Counted from the first letter of the stretch, positions 1-9,723 are shown. The stretch: 64,000 nt of DNA from Rhodospirillales bacterium (GCA_022823235.1 JAJDXO010000022.1:61955-125954); one strand, 5' to 3'. Translations and numbers: made by a program. Notes: generated by a model not told the origin, from the letters alone.

Positions 1-151
1 CCTTGTTCGATTTGTACCGGAACGGGCCCGACGCCATTTCCATGCCCAGACCGAACCGCCGCGACCGGCGCCCCATGATGGCGTCGAACAGCGGAAAATT
101 CCATGCCGCCTCCGCCTGGGGCGGCAGGTTCGAAGGTTTATGGTCACTCAC
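1..151 (-). CDS. N-terminal fragment of a nitroreductase-fold-like protein; the gene runs off the left edge
   Basis: Not in the ORF track. The minus-strand frame has strong GC3 bias and reads ..WNFPLFDAIMGRRSRRFGLGMEMASGPFRYKSNK. An RRSxRxF-type motif near the N-terminus is typical of nitroreductase/SagB-like proteins. A candidate GTG start at 151 overlaps the stop of the 144-395 gene. Confidence 0.3.
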   Translation of the reverse strand, partial: MSDHKPSNLPPQAEAAWNFPLFDAIMGRRSRRFGLGMEMASGPFRYKSNK

Positions 152-395
152 CGGCGTTCTCCCGCCCGGCAGTCCCTTGGTTGCCGGATTTCCCGGAAAA
201 GATGAGTTTGACCATGTAGCCCCAGAACGCGGGCTTCCCGAGGGTCATGCCCAGCATCTTCCGCATGTCGTCACGGCTCATCAGCGTCTCGGCTTCCCAG
301 ACACCCATCTTGCCGACAATGACGACATCGTCGCCTTCGATCCTGAGTCGTTCGATATCGAACTCGAATTCACCCGCGGCGGACTCGATTTTCAC
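144..395 (-). CDS. small hypothetical protein (83 aa)
   Basis: ORF with coding-like composition. It sits 25 nt downstream of the 421-1143 gene on the same strand. I recognise no family. Confidence 0.45.
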   Translation of the reverse strand: MKIESAAGEFEFDIERLRIEGDDVVIVGKMGVWEAETLMSRDDMRKMLGMTLGKPAFWGYMVKLIFSGKSGNQGTAGRENAGE

Positions 396-420
396 GGCAT
401 TTCCCTCCCGCTGACGTCCC

Positions 421-1143
421 TTAAGGAATCATTTTCCAGTAGGCGTCTTTTCGGACGATCAGGCCGTCGCCGATTTCGTACACGTCGAAACCACTGGATT
501 TGCGCCACTTTCCGTCCGGTCCCAGATACTCGACCTCATAGGTCTGGTGGACAATGGCGCCCAGGAACTTCCAGACCGAGCCGGAGAATTTTGGCCCGTT
601 GGGCATGGCGAAGCGATACTCCATTTCCTGGAGGACTTCCTTCCGCCCATAGATCACCTTGCCGTTGGGAAGGTGCCACTGAACGGCCGGGGACAGGCAC
701 TCGCCGATCGTCTTCAGGTCTTGAAGCGTGAAGGCTTCTTCGAATTTGGTGAACAGCTTCTTGTATCCGATCTCGTCCGCCGGCGTCACCTTGATGGACT
801 TGCGTTTGATCTTCTCCTTCTTCTGGCCGGAGACATTCAAGCGGATACGGAGGCCGCCTTCCTTCTTCCGGTCGGGCCGGGCGTCCTTGATCGTGTCGAG
901 GGACGGTATGTCCTGGATCGCCTGATCGGCGTCATTGTCCCTGATCTTCAATGGGGATTTGCTTTTGCGGGCCTTGCCGGCCGGTTTGGATTTGGCCGCC
1001 GCGCTGTTCCTCGTTTTCCCGGCCGCGCGCGGCTTCCGCTTCTCGGTTTGTCTGCCCTTACGCGTCCCGCCGGCCGCCTCTTCGGATACGGGTCCGCCGA
1101 TATCTTCCGTCGTCTGGCGCAGATTATTGTCAACGACCCTCAT
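421..1143 (-). CDS. SnoaL/NTF2-like domain protein with a Lys/Arg/Ala-rich N-terminal tail
   Basis: The C-terminal ~120 aa (FTLQDLKTIGECLSPAVQWHLPNGKVIYGRKEVL..GLIVRKDAYWKM) look like a SnoaL-like polyketide-cyclase/NTF2 fold. The N-terminal ~110 aa are low-complexity basic sequence (KRKPRAAGKTRNSAAAKSKPAGKARKSKS). Confidence 0.6.
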   Translation of the reverse strand: MRVVDNNLRQTTEDIGGPVSEEAAGGTRKGRQTEKRKPRAAGKTRNSAAAKSKPAGKARKSKSPLKIRDNDADQAIQDIPSLDTIKDARPDRKKEGGLRIRLNVSGQKKEKIKRKSIKVTPADEIGYKKLFTKFEEAFTLQDLKTIGECLSPAVQWHLPNGKVIYGRKEVLQEMEYRFAMPNGPKFSGSVWKFLGAIVHQTYEVEYLGPDGKWRKSSGFDVYEIGDGLIVRKDAYWKMIP

Positions 1144-1239
1144 AACATTTCCTCGCTGCCGATGAGAGGGACAGTCTCCCAGTCTTCGCTTTTATCCTTA
1201 TTGACCGTGCCGATAAATTACCGGCATGGAAGCGGGCTT

Positions 1240-1275
1240 GTCAATGAAAATGAATTCATATTCATTTTCATTGAC
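1240..1275. promoter_or_regulatory. 36-bp inverted repeat with 16-bp perfect arms and a 4-nt spacer; candidate operator in a divergent promoter region
   Basis: The sequence is GTCAATGAAAATGAAT-tcat-ATTCATTTTCATTGAC. It lies between the minus-strand 421-1143 gene and the plus-strand TRAP dctP start, 66 nt upstream of the dctP ATG. Confidence 0.5.
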
Positions 1276-1340
1276 TCCCGGGACGCATTTTCATACTGTC
1301 GTCGAACCCTGATTCACAAACCTGACGGGAGGCTCACAGG

Positions 1341-2339
1341 ATGAAAATCAGTTCAAAATTAACGGCCGGTATCATGGCGGCCGCCGTGATGTCGTTTTCG
1401 GCATCCGCCGTCGCCAAGGAACTCCGCCTCAGCATGGCGCCGCCGCCGAATTCGCCTTGGGGTGCGGTGGCTCAGAAGTTCGTCGACAAAGTCAATGACG
1501 TGTCGGGCGGCAAGCTGACCATCAAGGCGTTTATGGCGTCCAAGCTCGGCGGCGAGCAGGACGTCGTCAAACAGATCGCCCGGGGGAGGATCGACATGGG
1601 CGTGATGTCGAATACGGCCGTGTCCCTGCTGGTACCGGAATTTGGTCTGCTCGCCTCGCCCTATGCCTTCAATAGCGCCAAGCAGTTCGACTGCGTGGCG
1701 GACAATCATCTGCTGTCCACCTTCGGCAAGGAATTCGCCGGCGCCGGCATCCGGACTCTTTCCTGGATGGAGGTCGGCTTTCAGGTTGTCTACAGCAAGA
1801 ACGGCGTCCGCGTGCCGGCAGACCTGGCCGGCGTGAAAATCCGGACGGCGCCGTCGGTGACCGATTCCAAGTTCATTCAAACCGCCGGCGGCACCGCCGT
1901 GCCGTTGAGCCCGAAGGACACTATTCCGGCCCTCAAGACCGGACAGGTCACCGCCGCGACGCAGCTTTCCGTTTTCGGCATCGTCGTGGGGTATCCCAAA
2001 GTGGCGCCGCACATTACGCTGACCCGCCACCAGCACCAGGTCGGCGGCGTCATCATTTCGAAGCGCACGTGGGATAAACTGTCCAAGCAGGAACAAGGCT
2101 GGATCAACGAATCCGCGCCGGTCTTCCTCGAACTGCGGAAAATCATCCGCGGCGCGGAAGGCGCGCTCATCAAAAAGGCGCAAAAGGAAGGCGCGACGAT
2201 CATCAATCTGACCGATGCGGAACTGGCGAAATGGAAATCCGTGGCGCCCAAGGCCCAGGAGATCATCCTGAAGGAAATGGGCGGCGCGGCCGGCGCCAAG
2301 TGGCAGGCCATCCAAAAGGCGAAAGCGGCCTGTTCCTAA
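1341..2339 (+). CDS. dctP: TRAP transporter substrate-binding protein (DctP family)
   Basis: It has a signal peptide and is followed by DctQ/DctM-type genes with 2-9 nt gaps. A GGGAGG RBS precedes the ATG. The length and sequence are DctP-like. Confidence 0.9.
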   Translation: MKISSKLTAGIMAAAVMSFSASAVAKELRLSMAPPPNSPWGAVAQKFVDKVNDVSGGKLTIKAFMASKLGGEQDVVKQIARGRIDMGVMSNTAVSLLVPEFGLLASPYAFNSAKQFDCVADNHLLSTFGKEFAGAGIRTLSWMEVGFQVVYSKNGVRVPADLAGVKIRTAPSVTDSKFIQTAGGTAVPLSPKDTIPALKTGQVTAATQLSVFGIVVGYPKVAPHITLTRHQHQVGGVIISKRTWDKLSKQEQGWINESAPVFLELRKIIRGAEGALIKKAQKEGATIINLTDAELAKWKSVAPKAQEIILKEMGGAAGAKWQAIQKAKAACS

Positions 2340-2348
2340 CGCCGGATC

Positions 2349-2840
2349 ATGCTGGCGCGGACCCTAAGGTGGCTTAGGCTCATCGAGGCTTCAGTGGCGT
2401 CGGCCGCATACGCGGCCGTCGCCATTCTTCTTATGGCCGACGTCATCGGGCGGGAGGTGTTCGAGACCGCCATTTTGGGGGCTCAACAGCTGGCCGTGTA
2501 CGGCGCCATCTTGGCGGGCTTTCTCGGCTTTACGCTGGCGACCTCGGACAACACGCACCTCCGTCCGGAGTTTCTGGATTTTATCCTGAAACGGTTCGAG
2601 CCCTGGACGTCCCAGGCCGGCAACGCGCTTTCCGCCCTCTTCTTCTTCGGCGCTGGGTATGTGGCCTGGACGTTCGTCGAAATTTCCATGGATGCCGGAG
2701 ACAGGGCGCCGGTTCTCTATTTCGTCGTCTGGCCGCTCCAGCTCATCATTCCCTACGCGTTCATCTCTTCCGGGCTCAAGCATCTGGCCTTCGCCGCCCG
2801 CCCGGACCTTCAGCCCGCGAAAGAGCGGGAAGCGGGCTAG
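2349..2840 (+). CDS. dctQ: TRAP transporter small permease (DctQ family)
   Basis: A 163-aa, four-TM-type hydrophobic protein located between the DctP and DctM genes. Confidence 0.85.
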   Translation: MLARTLRWLRLIEASVASAAYAAVAILLMADVIGREVFETAILGAQQLAVYGAILAGFLGFTLATSDNTHLRPEFLDFILKRFEPWTSQAGNALSALFFFGAGYVAWTFVEISMDAGDRAPVLYFVVWPLQLIIPYAFISSGLKHLAFAARPDLQPAKEREAG

Positions 2841-2842
2841 AC

Positions 2843-4099
2843 GTGGCCGCCGTCATCCTCCTGCTGCTTGTGTTGGCGGCGCTCGCCCTGCGCCAGAACG
2901 TCATCGTGATCCTGATCGGCGCGGCGGCGTACGTTCATCTCGTCTGGGGTGACGGACAGCTGGAATTCCTGGCCGAGGATATCTGGATCAGCCTCGACAA
3001 TTCCCTGCTGCTCGCGATCCCCATGTTCCTGCTGGCCGGCTCCATCATGACCCGGGGGTCCATCGCGCGCCGTCTCATAGATCTCGCCATCAGCGTGACC
3101 CGGCCCCTGCCCGGCGGCCTAGCCGTCGCGACCATTCTCTCCTGCGCCATTTTCGCCGCCATATCGGGATCGTCCCCGGTGACGCTTCTGGCGGTCGGCA
3201 CGATCCTCTATCCGGCCCTGCTGCAGCACGGCTATCCGAAGAGGTTCGCCCTCGGGGCGCTGACCTCCGGCGGCACCCTCGGCATCGTTATTCCGCCCTC
3301 CATTCCGCTGATCCTCTACGGCATCGTGACGGAGACCTCCATCGCCGATCTGTTCATCGCGGGCATCATTCCCGGCGTGATGATCGCAGTGGTCCTGGCG
3401 TTCTACTCCTATTGGGTAAACCGGCACATGCCGGCGGAACCGTTCGACCTGAACGAGGTCCTGACGGCCCTGGCGCGGGGCGGATGGTCCGCCATGCTGC
3501 CCGTCATCCTGTTGGGCGGCATTTACTCCGGCTTCTTTTCGCCGACCGAGGCCGCGGCCGTCGCCCTCGTCTATGCCCTGTTCGTGGAGATATTCATTCA
3601 CCGGGAGCTGAAGCCCGTCGACTTCTACCACACGGCCGTGGAGACCGCGAAACTGCTCGGCATGTTGTTTCCGATCGTTGCCGTCGCCCTCAGCCTCAAA
3701 ACCATCCTGACCATCGAGGAAGTGCCCGATCAACTGGCGATGTGGATAACCACCATAACCGAAAACAAGATTGCGTTCCTGTTGGCCGTCAACTTGTTGC
3801 TTCTGGTGGTCGGCTTTCTGTTCGATGTCATCTCGGCCATTTTGATCCTGGCCCCGCTTCTGCTGGTGCCGGCGGTCGCCTTCGGCATAGATCCCATACA
3901 CCTTGGGATCATTATGGTGATCAACCTTGAAATCGGGTTCCTGACCCCGCCCATGGGCTTGAACCTGATCGTCGCGATGACGGCCTTCCGCGAGAAGTTT
4001 CTGGAAATCTGCCGCGCCGTCCTGCCCTTCATTGCCTTGATATTCTGCGTTCTCATGGTCGTGACGTTTTGGCCGGCAACCGCCCTTCTGTTTCTGTAA
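2843..4099 (+). CDS. dctM: TRAP transporter large permease (DctM family)
   Basis: A 418-aa polytopic membrane protein with DctM-like motifs (LLAIPMFLLAGSIM, GTLGIVIPPSIPLILYG). It has a GTG start 2 nt after the dctQ stop. Confidence 0.9.
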   Translation: MAAVILLLLVLAALALRQNVIVILIGAAAYVHLVWGDGQLEFLAEDIWISLDNSLLLAIPMFLLAGSIMTRGSIARRLIDLAISVTRPLPGGLAVATILSCAIFAAISGSSPVTLLAVGTILYPALLQHGYPKRFALGALTSGGTLGIVIPPSIPLILYGIVTETSIADLFIAGIIPGVMIAVVLAFYSYWVNRHMPAEPFDLNEVLTALARGGWSAMLPVILLGGIYSGFFSPTEAAAVALVYALFVEIFIHRELKPVDFYHTAVETAKLLGMLFPIVAVALSLKTILTIEEVPDQLAMWITTITENKIAFLLAVNLLLLVVGFLFDVISAILILAPLLLVPAVAFGIDPIHLGIIMVINLEIGFLTPPMGLNLIVAMTAFREKFLEICRAVLPFIALIFCVLMVVTFWPATALLFL

Positions 4100-4117
4100 C
4101 CCGCGAGTAACATTGAC

Positions 4118-4792
4118 ATGAATTTTGAAGATAACGACATGCCTCTCACCGGCTTTCTGGAGAATGTCGCGGGCGTCCTGGAAGCGAACCAGGCGCGCAG
4201 CGTCCGCATCCGGGATTCATATATCAACGCGGGAATCGATCTGCTGAACGAGGAACGTCTCAACCATGTGACCATACCCGATCTGGCGAAATTGTGCGGC
4301 TGCTCCGTCGGCAGCTTCTACACCCGTTTCAAGGACAAGGAAGCCTACTTCCGGGCTCTCCGCGTCACGACCATCCACGCCTGCAATATGGAAATAGACC
4401 GGCGGGTTTCGGTTGACGCGTTGATAACGCTGGGGCCCAAAAAGGGACTGGAGGAGTTGGTCGATTTGATGTCGGACCTGTTTACCAGCCGTTACCGGGG
4501 CGTGCTGCGAGAAAGTCTTCTCAGGATTTTGGAGCCCGACGATCCGTGGGCGCCCATGCGCGATTCCGCGAGAGGGATCATGTCCAATTATCACCTGGCC
4601 TTCGAAAACGCGTTTGAAGGATATATGCCAAAGGAAGCCAGGCGGCGTCTCAGCTTCTGCTTTCAAATGATCGTCGGCGTCCTGCAAAACGATCTCGTCA
4701 ACGACTACCACGTGTTTTCCACGAAGGATAAATCATTGCGCAATGGCCTGAGGGAAGCCGTGCTGAACTATATGAACTTCGGTGGCCGTTGA
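4118..4792 (+). CDS. TetR family transcriptional regulator
   Basis: The N-terminal HTH (VTIPDLAKLCGCSVGSFYTRFKDKEAYF) is typical of the TetR/AcrR family. Confidence 0.8.
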   Translation: MNFEDNDMPLTGFLENVAGVLEANQARSVRIRDSYINAGIDLLNEERLNHVTIPDLAKLCGCSVGSFYTRFKDKEAYFRALRVTTIHACNMEIDRRVSVDALITLGPKKGLEELVDLMSDLFTSRYRGVLRESLLRILEPDDPWAPMRDSARGIMSNYHLAFENAFEGYMPKEARRRLSFCFQMIVGVLQNDLVNDYHVFSTKDKSLRNGLREAVLNYMNFGGR

Positions 4793-5310
4793 TTTATAGC
4801 AGTATCCACGCCCTTGGCTTCTCCCGCTGCGGCCTCCGCGCCGCCGATGCTTTCCTCCAATTTGTCGAATAGGTCGAACATCGTCCGGCGCTCCCGGGCG
4901 GAAAGATTGTCAAGCAGGAGTTCGTGGCGTTCCTGCATATAAGGGCGCGCCCGCTCATAAGCGTCGCGTCCCGCATCCGTCAGACGCAACAACATATGGC
5001 GTTTGTTGGCCTTTGACGGCTGACCCTTGATCAACCGATGCTGCATCATGCCTTTGATGGTCCGGCTCAGGAGGCCTTTGTCCAATTGGGTCGTGCGGGC
5101 GATCTCGGACGATGTGCACTCGCCCAGGGTCTCCAGCATCACCAGGACCCGCCACTGGGTGGGGGTGAGATCGGCATGCTCCTTCAGAATTTTGATGGCC
5201 TGGGCATTCAATTTGGATTGAAGCCGGGACACCCTGAAGGATATCATCTGGTCCAGCGGCGGAGAATCCATCTGCGGTTTCCCCCGCTTAAATGCCGACT
5301 TCTTGTTCAT
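4768..5310 (-). CDS. MarR family transcriptional regulator
   Basis: Winged-helix region LTPTQWRVLVMLETLGECTSSEIARTTQLDKGLLSRTIKGMMQHRLIKGQPSKANKRHMLLRLTDAGR. It is divergent from the tctC-like gene. Confidence 0.85.
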   Translation of the reverse strand: MNKKSAFKRGKPQMDSPPLDQMISFRVSRLQSKLNAQAIKILKEHADLTPTQWRVLVMLETLGECTSSEIARTTQLDKGLLSRTIKGMMQHRLIKGQPSKANKRHMLLRLTDAGRDAYERARPYMQERHELLLDNLSARERRTMFDLFDKLEESIGGAEAAAGEAKGVDTAINQRPPKFI

Positions 5311-5342
5311 CTCGACCTTATCCTGCCATCAGTTGCCTTCGT

Positions 5343-5368
5343 GTCAATTATAATGTTGACGGGTCAAC
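5343..5368. promoter_or_regulatory. candidate MarR operator made of GTCAA/TTGAC half-sites, including the palindrome GTTGAC-GG-GTCAAC
   Basis: GTCAAttataatGTTGACggGTCAAC lies in the marR/tctC divergent intergenic region. The 14-bp element at 5355-5368 is a perfect inverted repeat. Confidence 0.35.
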
Positions 5369-5443
5369 ACTACGGGGATAGCGTTGGCCGGCAAGCAGGA
5401 AAAATACCAATTCGAACTCACGACGACAGGGAGACAAGTTCCA

Positions 5444-6394
5444 ATGAAACACACCTTCAAAATGCTGGTGGGCGCGTTCGCCCTTACCTTGATGACGGGG
5501 GAAGCCTTGGCGGCGAACTGGACACCGCCCGGCCCCATCAAAATGCTGATCGCCTTCCGGGCGGGCGGCGGCGCGGATACGCAGGCGCGCCTGATCGCCG
5601 AAGCCCTCGAGAGCAAGATGGGCTGGAAGTTCATCCCGGAACAGGTCACCGGCAAGGGCGGCGTCAACATGCTGAACGCCCTCTCCAAGCAGCCCAACGA
5701 CGGCACCGCCATCGGCATGGCCGTGACGGAATCCCTCGGCTACAACCTGGCGACCTCCAAATCCCGCCTGAAGGCATCCGATTTTACCGGCCTCTCGACC
5801 ACGGCGGGATTCCAGTTGGGCATCATCGGCCGGACCAAGGACGGCTGGAAAACCATGCGCGACGTGATCGCGGCCGCGAAGGCGGGAAAGAAGATTCGCC
5901 TCGGGACCATGAGCCCCCGGCTGGCCGATCTGACCTATCTCATGGAAAAGGCCAATGGCGTGAAATTCAACATCGTCTCCTACCGGGGCGGGATCGCCGT
6001 ATTGAACGCCATCAACGCGGGTGACGTGGACGTCGGGTATGTCGCCGGTCCGCAGGCCAAAGGCGTCAAGGCCGGCGATCTGGTCGAACTGGCGTCGGCC
6101 CTTTCCAAGCCGCTCAACGCGACGCCGAGCGCGCCGAAGCTCAGCGACCTCGGGGTCAACTTCAATGCCGACGGCCAGTTCGTCTTCGTCGGCCCCGGCG
6201 GCATGCCGGCTGCGGCGCAGGACGCCCTGGGCAAGGCCATCGCCGGGATCGTGACCGACCCCAACCAAAAGGTCGCGAAGATCATCAAGCGGGTCTTCGG
6301 CGGTGCGGTTACCATTACGGGCAAGAAACTGGATGCGCATCTCCAGCAGGGGTATGACGACGCCGGCAAACTTGCGAAGGCCGTCAACCAGTAG
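5444..6394 (+). CDS. tctC: tripartite tricarboxylate transporter substrate-binding protein (TctC/Bug family)
   Basis: Start chosen at MKHTFKMLVGAFALTLMTGEALA (signal peptide) with a GGGAGA RBS. The Bug-family signature IAFRAGGGADTQARL is present. TctB- and TctA-like genes follow. Confidence 0.85.
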   Translation: MKHTFKMLVGAFALTLMTGEALAANWTPPGPIKMLIAFRAGGGADTQARLIAEALESKMGWKFIPEQVTGKGGVNMLNALSKQPNDGTAIGMAVTESLGYNLATSKSRLKASDFTGLSTTAGFQLGIIGRTKDGWKTMRDVIAAAKAGKKIRLGTMSPRLADLTYLMEKANGVKFNIVSYRGGIAVLNAINAGDVDVGYVAGPQAKGVKAGDLVELASALSKPLNATPSAPKLSDLGVNFNADGQFVFVGPGGMPAAAQDALGKAIAGIVTDPNQKVAKIIKRVFGGAVTITGKKLDAHLQQGYDDAGKLAKAVNQ

Positions 6395-6400
6395 AACGCC

Positions 6401-7027
6401 GTGATCGGGGGTCCGGACGGCATCCGGACCCTCGAAACCTCGAACATCGGAGCATCCCCGGTGGATAACCGCTCCAACAGCAACGCCATCCTGGGCGGGC
6501 TCTGCGTTCTGGCGGCTGCGCTGGTCGCCTTCGTCTGGGTGCCTCTCGACGTCGACTCCGGCGTCGTGGAACAAGTCCGCCGGCGGGTTCAGATCGGCGA
6601 CAGCCTGGCGCCCGTTACGGCGGCGGTGTTCATTGCGATCGGCGGATTGGTCCTGCTGCTCGTGGAACGCCGCGTTCCCGACCAGCCCGCATTCACCCTG
6701 CAAAATCTTCGTTTTATTGCGCTTTCGGCGGCCATAATCGTCGTCGGCTTTCTGATCATGCGGTTCACCGGCCCGCTCACCGTCGATGTCGTCAATCTGC
6801 TGACCGGCGGCGAACTGCAATACCGGCTTCTCCGTGATTCCGCGCCTTGGAAGTTCATCGGGTATTTTATCGGCGGCATATTCGTCGTTGCCGGCTTAAT
6901 GGCCCAGGCCGAGGGCGGAACAACCCGGAAAAACCTCGGCATAGCCACCGCCGTCGTCATCGCCCTAATCCTGATCTTCGACGTTCCATTCGACGATCTG
7001 CTGCTGCCGCCGAACGGTGACGTCTGA
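6401..7027 (+). CDS. tctB: TctB-like small membrane component of the tripartite tricarboxylate transporter
   Basis: A hydrophobic multi-TM protein between the tctC and tctA homologs. Its stop overlaps the tctA ATG (ATGA). The exact start (GTG at 6401) is uncertain. Confidence 0.6.
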   Translation: MIGGPDGIRTLETSNIGASPVDNRSNSNAILGGLCVLAAALVAFVWVPLDVDSGVVEQVRRRVQIGDSLAPVTAAVFIAIGGLVLLLVERRVPDQPAFTLQNLRFIALSAAIIVVGFLIMRFTGPLTVDVVNLLTGGELQYRLLRDSAPWKFIGYFIGGIFVVAGLMAQAEGGTTRKNLGIATAVVIALILIFDVPFDDLLLPPNGDV

Positions 7028-8622
7028 TGGGTGTCGGCGATTACATCCTCCAGGGGATCCTGGCATTCTTTCTGGGGTCCGAACTGTTTTCCATACTCGG
7101 CATACCCGTCTCCATCAACATCGTCATGGTGCTCGCCGGATTTCTGCTCGGCATCATGGTGGGGGCGACGCCGGGATTGGCGGGGCCGGTCGCCATGGCG
7201 ATCTCATTGCCGCTTCTGCTCTCGAGCTTCGGGTATCACGCATCGGCATTGCTGCCGGTTCTGGGCTTCCTGATCGGGATCATGAAAGGGGCGACGGTCG
7301 GGGGCGCCGTGCCGGCAATTTTGTTCAATACGCCGGGCACGCCGGATGCCTACATGACCACCCTGGATGGTTTTCCGATGGCGCAGAACGGGCAGGCCAA
7401 GAAGGCGCTCCGCATTGCCCATTTCTCCTCGGCGTCCGGCGATACGTTCTCGGATCTGGTCCTGTTCGTCTGCGCGCCCTTTTTGGCCATCATCATCGAG
7501 GCCCATTTGGACCTCCCGGAGAAAACCGCCCTTCTGATCCTCTCTCTCAGCTTTATCGCCGCCGTGATCGGGGGATCGCCGGCAAAAGGTCTGATTTCCA
7601 CCGGGCTCGGCCTTCTTGCCGTATTCATCGGAACCGGAGAGGATTTTTATCCCCGTCTATCCCTGGGTACGGATCAACTCGCACGCGGGTTTCCGATTAC
7701 CACCGCCGTGCTGGGCGTGCTGATCCTGGGCGCAGTCTTCGAAGGGATCGACAATCTCGTACGGGAGAAGCGCGAAACCGGATCGTTCTCCGCGGTCCCG
7801 GAAAGCGGCGATCAGGTCCTGCACTGGGCCGATATCCGCCGGCTGATGCCTTATATTTCGCGCTCCGCCCTGATCGGGACGGCCATCGGCGCCTTGCCCG
7901 GCATCGGATCGACCCTGGCCGCGACGCTGGGGTACACCGTCGGCAAATCGCGGCATCAGAAACGCAAAAGTACGGACGACCCGGACTTCGGCACGGGGGC
8001 CCCGCAGGGCATCGCAGCCACCGAAGCCGCCAACTCTTCGGTTTCAGGCGCGAACCTGATCCCCGTACTGTCCCTCGGCATTCCCGGAAACGCGGCAGCC
8101 GTTTTCCTGATTTTGGCCGCCGAAAGCATCGGCGGTTTCGTGCCCGGTCCCGCCGTGTTCAAATTTACCACGGACACGGTCAATCCGGAGCTGGTGATCG
8201 CCTTCGGCCTGTTCACGGCCATGGCGTTCGCAAATGTATTGAACTGGACCATCGGCGGACTCTTCATGCGCTCCATGGGGGTCATGATCCGCATCCCCAA
8301 GCAATTGCTGCTGCCGTCCGTCCTGCTGCTGACCTTAACCGCCATCTACATCCAGGAAACCCGGTTGGAAGCAATATGGTTCGCGCTCGGGTTCGGGGTC
8401 CTGGGCTACGCCATGCGGAAGCTCGAGATTTCGCCCCTCCCCTTTGTCATCGCCTTTATTCTCGGCGACAAGCTGGAGCTGAGTGCCCGCCGGGCATTCA
8501 GCGCAAGCGGAAACGACCCCTTCTTTCTGTTCAGCACGCCGATTGCCACGATCCTGATGCTCCTGGCCATCGGGGTCCTTGTGTATACCGCCCGGAAGCG
8601 GCGTCTCGAGGCTTCGGCGTGA
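7027..8622 (+). CDS. tctA: TctA family large permease of the tripartite tricarboxylate transporter
   Basis: A 531-aa polytopic protein with TctA-like motifs (GATPGLAGPVAMAISLPLL, GALPGIGSTLAATLGY, IPGNAAAVFL). Confidence 0.9.
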   Translation: MGVGDYILQGILAFFLGSELFSILGIPVSINIVMVLAGFLLGIMVGATPGLAGPVAMAISLPLLLSSFGYHASALLPVLGFLIGIMKGATVGGAVPAILFNTPGTPDAYMTTLDGFPMAQNGQAKKALRIAHFSSASGDTFSDLVLFVCAPFLAIIIEAHLDLPEKTALLILSLSFIAAVIGGSPAKGLISTGLGLLAVFIGTGEDFYPRLSLGTDQLARGFPITTAVLGVLILGAVFEGIDNLVREKRETGSFSAVPESGDQVLHWADIRRLMPYISRSALIGTAIGALPGIGSTLAATLGYTVGKSRHQKRKSTDDPDFGTGAPQGIAATEAANSSVSGANLIPVLSLGIPGNAAAVFLILAAESIGGFVPGPAVFKFTTDTVNPELVIAFGLFTAMAFANVLNWTIGGLFMRSMGVMIRIPKQLLLPSVLLLTLTAIYIQETRLEAIWFALGFGVLGYAMRKLEISPLPFVIAFILGDKLELSARRAFSASGNDPFFLFSTPIATILMLLAIGVLVYTARKRRLEASA

Positions 8623-9683
8623 CGTCCCGAAAACTTCGCATGTGGGCTTCCGGCTGTTCCCACGTCTCATACGACAAGGCAAACGGCCGCGAGAGTCTGG
8701 GCGATGCCATCCGCCAGGTGGAACGGGATATCGACTGGGATTTCGGAATCAATGTCGGCGACTTTTCGGCCGCTTTCGGCTTGCCGACGGACGAGGAGGG
8801 AGAAGAAATCGTCCGGCAGTTCGGCGCCCTCGGCAAACATCCGCGGGAAGCCATCTACTCCCTGTGCGGCAACCACGACCGAAATGCGCCGGACGAAGAG
8901 GAAGCCGTCTGGTTTCGCAAATTTATAGATCCCATGGGCGAAAACACCGAGACGTCGGGGGTCGATGCCGCCCGTATGCCCTACCCCGTCACCGGCACGT
9001 TCGAGCGGTACTATTTCGACGTCGGCAACATCCGGATCCTGATGATGAGCGACGTCAACGAAACGGCCCAGGAGAAGGGACGCGGAGAACTCGGCGGCAA
9101 TCCCGGCGGCGTCGTCACCCGGGAAACCTTCGACTGGTGGGTGGACCAAATAGACTCCAACCACCGGGACAAAATCATCATTTCAGCGCATCATTACCTT
9201 CTCCACGAAACCACCGTCGCGACGGGCGACTGGGAAGGTATGAAAAAGAATGCCGACGAAGAGTGGACCACCGACTATCACGGCTATTACGCGGAGGGCA
9301 CGCCCCGGGAAGCGAGCTACCTATGCTGGGTCGGCGGCGAGTACCGCTCCGGCCTGTTTGAAAAATGGCTCCACGACAATCCCGGCAAACTGGATTTCTG
9401 GCTGGGGGGCCATACCCATACCAACCCCGACGACACCCATGGCGACAAAAGCCATATCGAAACCCGGTACGGCGGTACGACATTCGTCAACGTGGCGGCG
9501 CTGACCCGGTGGTTCGTAAAGGACCATGCCATGCCTCATTCAAGGCTGTTCACATTCGAGGACGGGTCGGATCGGGCCTCGATCGAATGTTACATGCACA
9601 CGGACGAATACAAACCGCAGGGGTTCTACGACGAGAAAAAGGCCGACATCCAGCTCACCAAGCCGTTCTTGTACGACGGTTGA
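8619..9683 (+). CDS. calcineurin-like metallophosphoesterase family protein
   Basis: This is the C-terminal part of the 888-aa track ORF. It carries GDFS..(GDxx), CGNHD (GNHD) and GGHTHT motifs. A GTG at 8619 overlaps the tctA stop (GTGA) and has a GAGG RBS 7 nt upstream. The alternative ATG is at 8640. Confidence 0.7.
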   Translation: MTSRKLRMWASGCSHVSYDKANGRESLGDAIRQVERDIDWDFGINVGDFSAAFGLPTDEEGEEIVRQFGALGKHPREAIYSLCGNHDRNAPDEEEAVWFRKFIDPMGENTETSGVDAARMPYPVTGTFERYYFDVGNIRILMMSDVNETAQEKGRGELGGNPGGVVTRETFDWWVDQIDSNHRDKIIISAHHYLLHETTVATGDWEGMKKNADEEWTTDYHGYYAEGTPREASYLCWVGGEYRSGLFEKWLHDNPGKLDFWLGGHTHTNPDDTHGDKSHIETRYGGTTFVNVAALTRWFVKDHAMPHSRLFTFEDGSDRASIECYMHTDEYKPQGFYDEKKADIQLTKPFLYDG

Positions 9684-9723
9684 GGCCGGAACCGCCCGCA
9701 CCCCAAGTGGAGCACGAAAGCAA

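Noticed and set aside
5348-6820. The 490-aa minus-strand ORF
   Set aside because: It is antisense to the tctC/tctB homologs and has no recognisable motifs.
7017-8618. The first ~530 codons of the 888-aa plus-strand ORF (7017-9683)
   Set aside because: It overlaps tctA in another frame. The translation is Arg/Gly/Pro/His-rich low complexity with no recognisable domain. Only the portion after the tctA stop (from 8619/8640) shows metallophosphoesterase motifs.
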